Of a stretch of 64,000 nt of DNA, positions 50,389 through 62,900 are shown piece after piece; positions within the stretch are counted from its first letter, which is position 1, and each line of letters starts with the position of its first letter. The translations under genes and the position numbers were made by a program. Below the pieces are notes generated by a model. That model worked only from the letters and a program-made list of their open reading frames with translations, was not told the origin of the DNA and searched no databases. Origin of the DNA: Blasia pusilla (lineage: Eukaryota); the NCBI GenBank assembly GCA_050084515.1, contig CM114271.1, positions 6,448,001-6,512,000 on the forward strand, written 5' to 3'.

Positions 50389-53300
50389 AGTCACGTCTTT
50401 TAGGATAGATGAGTGAGATCTAGTAGAACGCCTTTGTGAGTAGTGGAGTTAAGGCTCAATAGGTCGGGGATGACTTGCTGAGGCCCCGGGAAACCTGAGA
50501 GAGCAGGTTTCCCCTTCGTTTCGGCTCATTTGGACATTGAGAGAGACATGTGAGAGTGCACACATGTGAGAACTATGGTGTTGTGAGAGATATTGGATCT
50601 TATTTTACAAAGAGAGAATGAGTGCGTGAGAGAGCTTCATGGGGGAGCTCGTTGGTTGCTCGATGTTTGGTGCAGGTTGGGGGACTGTGTTCCCCACTTC
50701 ATGGCTCATGGGAGTGCTCACCGGAGCAAGAGCCGTGCGAGTTTTCTATTTTTCTTTGTTGATTTCTTGTACAGGAGAGTCGCACGCGGAAGCGCTGCCC
50801 AATTTTCGATAGGAATTGAGTATGGGGGCAAATTGCTCCATGACGGTGCTCTTGGGACCACCATGTAGCTTATTGATATGTGTTCTCATAGATTTTACAT
50901 TTTCGTTGGGAGAAATCAGCGCGGAAGCGCTGCCGAATTTTGTGTAGGAGAAAGAGACATTGGGCTTTACGACAGTCCCCGTCAATTCTTACTAGAATGT
51001 CCAATTCCAAATTATTTTTGATGCTATCATAGATCGTGAAGTTGTGCACGTTGTGCAATAAACGATGCGCAATTTGGAGTTGCGAGAAAAAAGTTATGGT
51101 CAATCTTGCAAAATTGCCAATACTAGGCAATTTTTAGGGTTAAATTATTCAAACCCTAAACCAGCCGCAGCGCCGGCGGTGGCCATCGTCGTCATAGTCA
51201 CCATCAACGGTCCACCGTCCACCGTCGGCCGCTGCCGCCACCCAGCGTTGCTCAGAGTGGCGTTCGACCGTTGTCCACCCTTCGGTTGCCATTGCCGCCA
51301 TTACGGAATGGAGGGTCTTCCACGACCATCGTTGATTCTTTGACTTGCGCCGCCACCACGTACTTTGGTTTGGCCGCCACCCTCATCGTAGTTTCATCAT
51401 TAACGTGTGATGGCAGGTGACCTCAGGTTATGGTGTTTGAGTTTTCATTTCATGCTACTATGTTGTGATTGGTAGCCACTCGACGACGATCGAGTACTGT
51501 GTCGTGACGCCCGTAGCCGCAACGCGCCGCTGATTGTCGTGTCGTGCCGCTCATGGACGCACCGCAGCGTCTCGATCGCGGAGCCGCTACTTCACTAAGG
51601 AGCAGAGCGTGTGAAATGCTGATTGAGGAGGGTATGCTGTCGAGTGCTGCACCCCATTCCCGAGTGCCGTGCCGTTTGTAGCCGTTCCGTGCCGCCAGGG
51701 TCGCATCGGACCGCTCGACCTGTACCGCACATCGAGGAGGTTTGAGCAGCATCAGTATGCGAGGAGTATGACTTTCTGATTGGAGGAGTTGTCTTCACGA
51801 TTGAGTTGGGGTCGAGATTTGCAGTTGCCCAGGAGCGACATTGAGATTATTGTCAGGTTACCCATTCATGTCTCTTATCCTGCACGTGTGAGGGATTTCC
51901 GGGTATTGGGAAGTTATTTGGGATATTGGGTTTCGTGTTAATGCTAGGAGCATCGATGATGTATGGGTTTAGGGGACATAGATCTGTGTGGGATGTCTAG
52001 AGTTGAGGATGGTTTGGCGATGAGACAATAGATCGGTTGATTTGCCGCACCACGCTGCTTGTTGCCACACAGCACACGTCTCATTGAGAGAGTGTAGATT
52101 GAGTGCCGCATGTTTAGTTTTAGTGATTGAGGGATTACTTGCGAGATTGAGAGTGATCTTATGAGAGGGGCATGAGGGCCATCATGGCATGCTTTCAGGA
52201 TTTTGAGAGGCGAGGTAGTGGACCTGAGGGTAGCTTTGGAGGGTTTACCGAAGTGGTGCGAGATTTCCAGGGTCTCCACGTGAGAGACCACCTCAATTTC
52301 CTTCTGTGTTGTCTTCAGAAGAGGGGGAGCATATAGAGGAGTGTGTTAGTGATCCATCGTACACATTGAGTGGTCCTACCAGTTGGGCGTACGAGATGGA
52401 AAATCGGGGGTAGAGGACCGCGTAGGTTTTCGCGTGCTGTAGGCACTATAGAGCTACACGACTTCATTGCGGAGTTTAGGAGTTGGTGTGACTTCAACGT
52501 GCTAGGAACTCTAGAGAGTTTAACTTGTTTATTGCATGGAACGGTTTGTTCCAGCATTTAGAGGGGGCTCTCATGGACGATTACCATGAGTTCTCCCACA
52601 GATATGCCCAGGAGATTGAGGCATGGCGACTCTACTATGACCCACACTATGTGTCATGGACGAAGCCGTTCCCAGATGAGGAGGAGGAGTCAAGAGAGGC
52701 TACTTCCTCTTCCACTAGTGATATTTTAGGAGGGGTCACTCGCACAGGAGCAATTGCACCATCTAGTCGGGTTCATCCCAAGTTCAACCCCGTGGTTGAG
52801 TTCTTTGCTGAGTTGAAGGCGAGCTACCAAGGGGTACGGACGGAGAAGTTGCAGAGCATCCATGACTTCCATAGGTGCGTGGGTGAGAGTTTGCGTGAGG
52901 CTTACACTCGCTTGCGCCGGTTGATCAACATCTCTCAAGGGGTGATAGAGGCTAAGTCATGGTACGTGATGTTGGATCGGACCCTACGGACACGGGTGCG
53001 GGAGGGGGTGCTTCTTATGAACACCTCCCCTACGTTGAGAGATGTTTTTAGGATCTTCAAGAACATTGAGCACAACATGGCGGAGGAGAGCGTAGCCACC
53101 ATGGGTTCTGGGCGAGAGCAGTCACAATTGTCTACATCACTTGTGCAGCAACTTGGACTCCCAGATAGATCGACTGTGGCACCATGAGCTCAGGGAGGAT
53201 ATCGGGAGGTTGTGCCACAAAGACCTACGCCTTCATATGCACCTCAGAGCCAACCGCCTACGATTACTTGTTGGTCATATGGTGGAGCCCATCATCACCA

Positions 53301-56300
53301 TGATTGCACTCGTTAGGATCATGGACGTGTGCCTCAGCATGGAGGAGGAGATGGTGCTGTACCATGAGGTTATTAGTGTGACTATTGTCAAAGGTATGGT
53401 CATACACGCGCCATGTGTTTCAGTTTACACCCTGAGTTACGTCCGGACCGAGGGCCAGAGAGGACACCAGAGCGAGTAGCCGGTTCGGGTGGGCCTAGAA
53501 ATTGTGCACCAGATGGTCTCGTTGGGGGATGAGGAGCTCGAGTTTCCCGACAAGGTGGTGGAGCTGCCCATGGAGGAGGTAGAGTCCCACCACCTAGATG
53601 CCTCGAGGCAGACGCCGGGTGTGAGGCTGGGATGGCTACTCAGATACAACAGCTACATGAACAGATTGCCGTTATGGCATTGAGGTTACCCGATGCCGGA
53701 TTTGTGGCATCGACATCATATGGAGCAGCCAAAGATATGGAGGATCATGGTTGGATGTGCGAGGTTTCCTAGATGGAGGCCGCCGCAGTTGTGACATGTG
53801 GAGCAGCCGAAGAGTTGGATCCACAGCAAGGGGAAGCCAAGAAACATAATAGGCTTCCTCAGTCTTTCACGTTGTGTGAGGCGATGAGGGCCCCATTGAT
53901 GAGTCATGATCAGAGTTCCTAGAGAGTTGGTGATGTTGTTGGTGTGCAAGCACGGAGGGCGATGGGAGAAGCGAGGGTGATGACTCCTTTTGCTGATGCT
54001 CAGAAAGGGCATGTGTCGAGCACGTTGTTGGGGGCGGCCACCGTTGTGTATCGCGCTTCTTTATTTTTTGCTTCCGATGTTATGACGTTGGGAGGTACGC
54101 CCGTCGAGGTTTTTCGGCTAGCCGTTACGCTATGTGCGCGTGGAGTTGGAGTTCTTGCATCACGTTTAGAGGTGATTGCAGAGGAGGTGATGGACCCGCC
54201 CTTGGAGCGGATGCTCGGGCCGTCCACGTCAGATTCATGGCAGGCTGCGGATGCTAGGATGGCGGAGATGCCCGCTAGACCCGCGATAGAGCGTGCCATG
54301 GCTTCTCATGGTGTTGTGTTGTTGGATAACCGAGGAGAGGTCTTCCAGTTGGTGAGTCCCGCAGGTAGAGCTTTTAGTCCGCAATGCGTCTTGTTGGATT
54401 CAAGAGCGCAACCCCTGATGTTGGGGAAAGCGTCATTCAGAGGATTGGGCTTAACGAGAGCCGATGTGGAGCGTTGTCCATTCAAGATACAGACATCCTT
54501 GGGTGGGGTGAGTACAACATAGTATATCACCCGACAGGAGGTTGTGGTGAGGATTTGGCCGGGACATCCTACAAATGAGTCCGTGGTGCGAGCCAAGGCG
54601 ATAGTGACTGATGGAGAGTCCTACGACGTCTTGGTTGGTGGAGCAGTGTTATACCCGATGGGGTTTTCCCTAGATTATTGGGAGGAGTCAGCGTCCTACA
54701 AACCAGGATGGCAATCAGGTGATGGGCGCCTTAGCTCATTACCCGTTCGATTCATAGATGTAGTGATCGAGCGACGGCCAGGAGAGATGGCGACCTTAGC
54801 AGCATTTAGCAATGCCATCACTTGGACTAGTTATTTGATTGAGGGACAAGTCCATGTAGAGGATACTCTCGTTCCTGACACTTCTATGGAGAGGAGTGTC
54901 ATGGTAGTCGCATCAGTCCGTAGAGGAGAGGTGCCACTTTTGGGGCTCGACTGAGGAGCTTGGACGCTTAGCCACTGAGCTTGTGCAGACCGCGTGGAGC
55001 AAGATATTTGCACTAGCGTGTGACGGGTCAGAGGAACCCTAGGTAGGCAGGAGTCCTGCTATGACCCCTTTGAACACCACCCCGATTGTGTGGTGCATCC
55101 CAGAGGAGGGTATTCGGGTGTTGGATCTCTTTGGAGGGATCAGCACTAGGTTAGCTGCTATTTTGCACACTAGAGTGTGCATGCAACATTACGTGTATGT
55201 GGAGATTGATGATGTTGCAAGGCATGCTTCACTTCACCATGTGGCGCAGTTACGCTTCTGTTTTCCCGACTTGTTGTCTACGTCCGCCATTCAGAGTTAC
55301 CAGAGTTCCCTACCGAGGGACATCTCACTTTTGGGGGCGCAGGACTTGGAGCGGGTAGGGACCATAGACTTGGTTATTGATGGTTGGCCATGTCAGGGCC
55401 AATCGAGTGTTGGACGAGGTAGCGGGTTAATTGACACTCAGTCTAGGTTATTTTGGGAGATGATGCGGATCTTGCGACATTTACAAGAGCAGCAGCCTCA
55501 TTCTCCAACATACATTTTGGAGAATGTGCCGATTTCGGGCGATTTGAGGTCCCGCATGGTGACGAGTGCACATCACGTGCGCGCATGGATCAGACCTGCA
55601 GTGTTGTTAGATGCAGCGAGTGTAGGTTCTAGAGCACACCGCCCGAGTCTTTGGTGGACCAACTTGGACCCACATGAGGTGTTGCGGAGGGCTTATGTGA
55701 GAGTGGAGCGTCCCTCCAATTTGCTCGTGGATTTTATATTGGATCCGAGCCGTCGATCACAGGAAATTAGGCACAATGATCGACCGCCGTTGACTGTGAT
55801 GAACATGAATGGCATGCCATGAGCAGACTTTCCCAGATTGGTGATTTTTCCCGCTTCCTATGAATTCAAGTAGGCCGGACCTGGCTTGGTTTGGGTTGAC
55901 CAAGTACAGAGGTTGGTGGAGCCCAACGCTGATGAGCGAGAACGAGCGTTGGGATTCCCCACAAGAGTGACAGCAGTAACGTCACTATGAGAGGCATCAC
56001 GACGTCATGTCTTGGATCAAGTGATGGACCTGAACTTCTAGACATGGATTTTCAGATTAGGAGTAGCTGAGCAATGTTGTTTGAGGATGCAATAGATCAC
56101 AAAATTTGCGTTGGTGAGCCCCATGCCTACCGAGATGGTTAAGGCAGTGGCTAGGGTGAGACCCGAGGACATCGACACACCAGGGGTGATCGGGAGAGAC
56201 ACCCTTGGACTTCTTGGGATGTTTTGCAAGTACGCCAGGAGATGATAGCCGCAGCATCGAGCGTGGTTCCGGGTACTACACGTGGAGATGAGAGTTCTAT

Positions 56301-57947
56301 TATCCGAGACGGGGTTGCACCATAGCAACCACGGACATCCGCGCCGGAGAGTCCTACCGTAGTCATGATGGAGACTTGGGAGCCAGATATGGTCCCTAAG
56401 GTGATAGGAGGAGAGCGGTGTCAGATACACCAACTCCTTAGGAGTTATAGGAGATGTTTTGCATTTAGTATGCATGATTTGGGTACGCTGAAGGGTCTAG
56501 GGATCCGCATTGAGTTGTCGAGTGACACGTCGATGTTTCAACGACCATATAAGTACAGTGACATGGAGAGGGCTTTGATTCAGAGTAGGATCCAAGACTT
56601 GGTTGGAGCAGGACTAGTGGAGATGTCACATGGAGAGTATGCATTTGCCATTGTCATGCCCGCCAAGAAGGATGTGCATGGCAATTGGATGCGTGGAGAT
56701 TATCGACCTATCAATCGGCAGACGAAATCCAATATGTATGCCATGCTCACTCCTGAGGAGATCTTTGATGCGATTGGGCATACAAAGGTCTTAAATTCAT
56801 TGGATTTGCGAATCAAATACCATCAGCTGCCCATCAGATTGGAGGACAGGCAGAAGACGGCATTTTGGAGCATCGATCCTCATAGGAAGGATTGTTTGTA
56901 CCAGTGGCGGTTCTTACCATTCGAGTTAAAGAACGCCTCGGCTGAGTTTCAGAGGGTCATGGATAGGATCTTAGCAGGTCTAGATTTTGCTAGGTATTAT
57001 ATTGATGACATTGTAGTCTTTAGCACCACGGTTGAGGAGCATGAGCGACATCTTGAGGGGATATTTTGATGATTGCAGTTACATGGGCTGAAGCTATATC
57101 CAGGCAAGTGCAAGTTCTTCTACGACCAGATTGAGTACTTGGGTCATACAATATACCCAAGGGGCCTTGGTGTGCAATAGATAAAGCTAGAGGCTATTTC
57201 ACACATTCCACATCCTACACATGTGAGTCTAGTTCCTACATTCATAGGATTGGCAAACTTCTATCGACGATACGTCAAGGGTTTCAGTTTGATTGCAAAG
57301 TCGCTAACCTTGATGACCAAGGTGGATCAGGAGTGGCACTCGGGGGATGAGCAAGAGAGACCATTTCATATGCTCAAGGATATATTGACATCCGCGCCCA
57401 TATTGAGGAGACCGATCAAGGGGCGCCCTTTCTAGTTGCATACCGATTGGAGCATGTTGGGGCTTGGAGCCATGCTCACCTAGCATGACGATAATGGTAG
57501 AGAGTTTGTGGTGGCTTACGCTAGTCGCTCGAACAACCCTACAGAGGCGAATTATAGCTCGTATGAGGGTGAGTGCTTGGTTGCAATGTGGGATATCACA
57601 CATTTGAGATGTTATCTATTCCGCAATCCCTTTACCATCATTACTTATCATTAGTCACTTAAGTGGTTGATGGAGTCCGAAAAGCTTACAGGGGCTTTTG
57701 GGCTCTTTTGTTGCAAGAGTGTGACTTCCAAGTGGTGCATAGACCTAGGATGCTCAACCAGGATGCAGATGGTTTGAGCCGTAATCCATGCCCGAGTCAG
57801 CGAGATGCGACTGGAGCTTGTTGGCATGGTGAAAGTGATGAGGAGTTGCTGCTAGGATGGCATGCATTAGCCTATTTGGACTTGTTGGCTATGGAGAGCC
57901 AGATTGTTGAGACTTCAATGGCGAGGTCTGATGGAGTCCTTAGATCT
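50389..57947 (+). mobile_element. DNMT-carrying Ty3/Gypsy retrotransposon (copy B), 3'-truncated before the integrase
   Basis: Terminal block 50389-50974; gag 52376-53430 (knuckles CWSYGGAHHHHDC and CDYCQRYGHTRAMC); protease VLLDSRAQP ~54390; DNMT 55100-56040; RT 56365-57200 (YYIDDIVVFS); RNase H 57430-57720. Collinear with copy A. Confidence 0.9.
55100..56040 (+). pseudogene. DNMT3-like C5-cytosine methyltransferase domain (best-preserved copy)
   Basis: Motif I IRVLDLFGGIS; II YVEID; IV IDLVIDGWPCQ (PC at 55388); VI YILENV (55520); VIII LLDAASVGSRAHRPSLWWTNL; after stops, IX ERERALGFP and X RRHVLDQVMDL. Confidence 0.9.
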
Positions 57948-57984
57948 TAATTAGGAGAGTGGGTTTACTGGGTCATGATCATCA

Positions 57985-58128
57985 TCACTTGAAACGCCCA
58001 ACCTTGCTCGCGTCTCGCATCTTGTGTCTCATTCAAGAGACTTTTCTGACACACATCCATCCTAGTGTGAGCCTACTAGAGTTCAAATGATCCGCATCGG
58101 CGCACATTCGGCTATGAGGGTCGCGACA
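57985..58128 (-). repeat. 5' fragment of a family-2 LTR
   Basis: The reverse complement begins TGTCGCGACCCTCATAGCCG...ACTCTAGTAGGCTCACACTAGGA. Confidence 0.6.
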
Positions 58129-58259
58129 TAATGTGGTTTAAAAAATGTGAAAACCACGTAAAGAGAGATATCGTTTCTATGATATTGCTTATGAGATTTG
58201 GAAGGCCTTGAATAAAATTTTAAAACATACTTTTTTTTCAGAAATTGGCATAAGCTAGG

Positions 58260-59500
58260 AAGTATAATGAAGAGCCCTACATCTATGATCATATTGATTT
58301 AGTGGAAATTTATCTAGATGCTCTTATTTATGGAGGTCTAGTTATGGATGCAAATCAAAAGGTAGTTACCCTTCGTGTCATTCTTGGTAGAAATTATGCT
58401 TTTGTATTGAATAAATATCTGAAAATTAATCTTTCACCTTAAACATGTAGTATGTAAGTGGTGTGATCCAATAAGAGGTCGGAGAACATGGACCAACAAC
58501 TATATGAGTTTGAAGCTAGTTAGATCAACTTCACATTTCATTCTGAGGTTAAGAGCCTAAAAAAACTTTCGAAGTAAAGAGAAAAATAAAGGGAAGAAGA
58601 AAGAGAAAGGGGTTCTATCTCATCTCATATGCAAAATTTGTGGAAAGACTAGATATATTGCTTTGGACTTCTATTTCAAGAAAATAAATTTATGGGCACA
58701 TCATAAGGAGAAGATCAAGAAGCGCAAGATCTAAGGCAATGGGCTTCCTAGTTCATCTATCAATACTACCAAGAATCTTTTAAAAAAATTGAGTCTTCTA
58801 TTCAAAAGGCATATGGGTAATTAATTGTGGATCATTTGGGCATACGTTTCGAGAGGCACAAGTGCTAGATGAGATACATGATATCTCATTATTTAATATT
58901 TCTGCTTACTATGGTTTCTATGTTGGATATTGATGAGTGGGAGTGCTACTATTTCCACAAAGGTTAGAAATGACATCAACACTATTAAGTTGATCAAGTT
59001 ATTCTTATCAAATAGACTTTCATAAAATGATTGCAACTACACAAATGAAGAAATATGGCATGAAAAATCAGCACAAAAAGAGAAGGATTCCTACCACCAA
59101 AATCACAAGTTTAAGCCCAAGCTTGGCCTAATCCACAATCACATTTGAGGTCTTTTTTAGACCATGTTCCTTGGAGGTACCTTATATTATGTCTCTTTTG
59201 TTGATTAATTTACAAGGACTTCTTATGTATTCCCCGCAAACTTCAAGGCCTTTAGTGACTAGGAGGAAACCCAACTTGACAAGAAAATAAAGATATTTCA
59301 ATTTAATGGAGGTGGAGAATTCTTTACGCATAATTTTTGATATGGCTATTGTTGAGAAAGGGATAACACATCAATCTTTTAAAAGGCTTAGTCCTCAACA
59401 TAACAAAATGGCCAAGAGACTAAAAAATACACTTGTCACCAAGACCAATTCCATGCTTGTTGACGTCAAGTTAAGCAAAGGATATTGGTTAATTTGAGGA
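58260..59500 (+). pseudogene. Decayed Ty1/Copia gag-integrase relic
   Basis: GGTLYYVSFVD*FTR, QLDKKIKIFQFNGGGEF and PQHNKMAKRLKNTLVTKTNSML match Copia rve motifs (DxGGEF, PQQNGxAER). The 5' boundary is approximate. Confidence 0.6.
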
Positions 59501-59999
59501 AATCAAGTACATATTCAAATCCACTTTATAATCTAAGTCCTACAAAAGCTCTAGCAAGAGTCAAAATATTTAAAGTTGAGTGGAAGCAGATAGTGTGCCT
59601 TGGTAGGGATGCTACATGTGTAGTTAGCGGGGGAGAGCCTAAGAATTACATGTTGGCCTCCTTTGGTAACATGCACCATAAGAAATCTTGGTTCTTATAA
59701 CTTTAATAATAGTGACTAGGTCAAGCCATTGTTCACAGTAAATGATTCACAACCATTAGTGTAACATAAACCAAGTCATTTATAGGGAATGACTAAAGCT
59801 ACCCGATTGATAAATGATTGTAGTCATTGATGTATGTTTAAGGTATAACGTGTGAGTGCCATGTCAGAGTGCCACCTTAGCGTATGATATGCAAGAAGAG
59901 GATAATATATTCACCATGGAATATTATGTGCATGAAATGAGTCAAATGACTAAGCCATTTCATGCACATATCGTTCCATGATGACTATTCTGCATCATG

Positions 60000-62900
60000 A
60001 AACACTCAACCACACTTGTTCCCCAACTTGGAATCTCACTTGGTGTCTGCTCTTGTTAGCATGCTTCACGTATTTCAGTTGAGCCTTTTCAAGGTTTCTC
60101 CTTGCTTGCTCCTCCCGTTCTCTGTCACGACTGTTAGGATAGATCGGTGGGATCTAGCAAAGCGTCTGCACGAGTAGTGGAGGACAAGCCCAAGAGGTCG
60201 AGGATGACCTGTTGAGGCCCTGGGAAACCTGAGAGAACAAGTTTCCCCTTCGTTTCAGCTCATTTGGAGCCATATAGAGAAACTTACTATTTTTGGTAAG
60301 TTTCCATGTTAGGGATAGTTGCCTTTCCACTTTGGGAAGTGGCCCTTGACCCGCTACAGTAGGTCAAGAGCCAAGGATGTGACCTGCGAGCATAGGTTAC
60401 CATTGAGAGGGCTTGGGAGAGGGAAGGGGGTATACCTCCAAGAGAGAGAGCTTGAGAGCTCATTCTCTCTTTGTTGAACCTCTTGGCATGAGGCGGAGGA
60501 GCTATGGTCCTTTGCCTTGTGAGTGTAACCCAAGCCTCTCATTAGGAGAGTGGGTTTGGTTTGACATGAGAGAGAGTGCACACCTTTGAGAGCTATGGTG
60601 TGAGATGGTGTAGAGAGAGATTGGATCTTACTTTACAAAGAGAGAATGAGCTATCCTTCTCATTCTCCAATGAGCTCTCAAGCTCATTGGAGATATTTTG
60701 GTACTTCTCGCCTTTGTGTATGGATGTCATGAGTTAGCATGGGATCGTGTGTGTTTGTGTGTGTGTTCGATGACAGCGATGTATGTTGTGTAACGATGTG
60801 TATGCGCACGACAACTCGCATTTCCGCTAGAAAACCTTCTGTCGTCGCTTGTCGGGTCTGTGCCGATGTAATACCCTTTGAAAGGGCCAGGTCAAGAGGC
60901 CCTTCTGGCTCACGTCGATAATCCAAGAGAAACAGAGATTCTCCAGTTTCAGAATGCTTGGTGGAATTGTAGCAAAACTCCGCCATACTCAGCCACTTCG
61001 CCCAATCTCGCTCGTTTGCGCTCATGTAATTTCTTAAGTACTGGTTCACTAGGGAAATTACCTTTTCCGTCCAAGCAACTCAGCTTGGTCTTAAACCTCC
61101 TGAACAAATGTCTCCAAAAGGCACTGGTAAACCTTGGATCCCGATTTGAAACAATACTCCTCGGCAACCCATGCGCGCGCCACCAACTATCCAAGAAGAC
61201 TCAAGAAGTCATGTAGGTCATCGCTGAATCCACCGTCGGGACGAATCTCCCCCAACTTACTCAATTGATCAACTATCACAAGTATAGCATTGTATCCCTC
61301 AGACTCTGGAAGAGTGCAATAAGCCTTATTTCTTCGCATAAGAAACTTTGTTCGCTTGACAGGTCACACAGGTCTTCACATATTGAGCAACATCCTCTTT
61401 CATGTTGGGCCAGAAAGAACCTCTTAGCGAGAGTAGTCAACGTTGATTTCTCCCCTTTACGTCTTGCCAAGGGTCTGTCATGATATTCCCCTAACACCTT
61501 CGTTCGCAGTCTGCCTTCGCCCACATAGATCTAGCTCTGCTTGAACCTTAGCAAACTGTGCCTCAAACTTATGTTGGCCACCTTCTCACTGTGCTTCAAC
61601 TTCCTTACGTACTCACTCACCTGAGTGTCTTTCATGTATCCCTCACGAATCCTTCTTTCCAGATCTCTTTCCTTAGGGAACATTGCTCTTAAGACTCGTG
61701 TTGTCGATGGCATATCCCTATCCCTACGACTCAATGCATCTGGAATGCCATTATCCTTCCTTGGCTTGTGGATCCATTCTACATTCATCAACGCCAAAGT
61801 ATCATGTCATCGTAGTTGTTTTGGTATCACTCGATCCTGGGTCTCAAAATACTTGAGTGATACGTTATCAGTGAACACTCCATTCCTGTGAAGTCCCGAA
61901 TAGTGATGCCACTTCCTCAAGCAATGGACCACCGCGAACAACTCTTTCTCATGAGTGGGCTACCTCCTCTTGGTGTTGCTGAGCTTCTTGCTCTCGTATG
62001 CTATTGGTCTTCCTTCCTGTATCAACATTCCTCCCTACGCAAAATCACTAGTATTAGTATGCACCTCGAACGGCTTGTTGAACTCCGGCAGCTTCGGTAC
62101 TGACTCCTGCGATAGGATCTCTGTGACTCGGTTGAACACATCATTCACTTCTTGGGTCCAAGTTGTGTTAGCATACTTTGCGGTCCAATCTGTAAGAGAT
62201 CTCACAATCCCCAAAAATATTCCTCACATAGGTTCGGTAGAACTACACCGCGCCGATAAACCTCCTCATTCCCTTCACTATGGAAGGCGGTTTCCACTCG
62301 GCGATGGCTTTCACCTTGTTCATATCTGGACTAACTCCACCTTTTCTAACCACATGACCCAAGAACTTGATCTTGCACAACCCGAACTCACTCTTTTCCA
62401 TATTTACGTACAACTTGTTCGCCCTTAGTTTCGACAACACCGCTCTCAAGTGTTGAGCGTGCTCCTCTAGTGCCTTCGAATAGATAAGTATATCATCAAT
62501 GTAGATGATCACATACTCATCCGTCTCCTCGTGAAAAATGGAGTTCATGAATGTGTTGAACGTCAGAGGCACATTATACAGATCGAAGGGCATCACCACA
62601 AACTCGAACAAGCCATATCTCGTTCTACACGCAGTCTTTTCCACATTTGCTTCAGCAATTCGAATTTGGTAATATACTGACTTCAAGTCAATCCTACTGA
62701 AGTACTTTGCCCTTGACAGTCTATCAAAGAGGTCAAAAATCCCTATAAAAGGGTAATTTTTTCTCACCATCACGTTATTCAGTGCATGGTAATCCACACA
62801 GAGTCTCATCTTTCCATCCTTCTTCTTCACAATGAGAACAGGCGCTCCATACGGTGACTTGCTGGTTCTAATGAAGCCCTTCTCTAAGAGCTCACTTAAT

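Noticed and set aside
55061-55822. Host DNMT3/DRM gene or a bacterial restriction-modification methylase
   Set aside because: It is intronless, embedded between retroviral-type protease and RT, repeated in several collinear TE copies, and has no partner nuclease.
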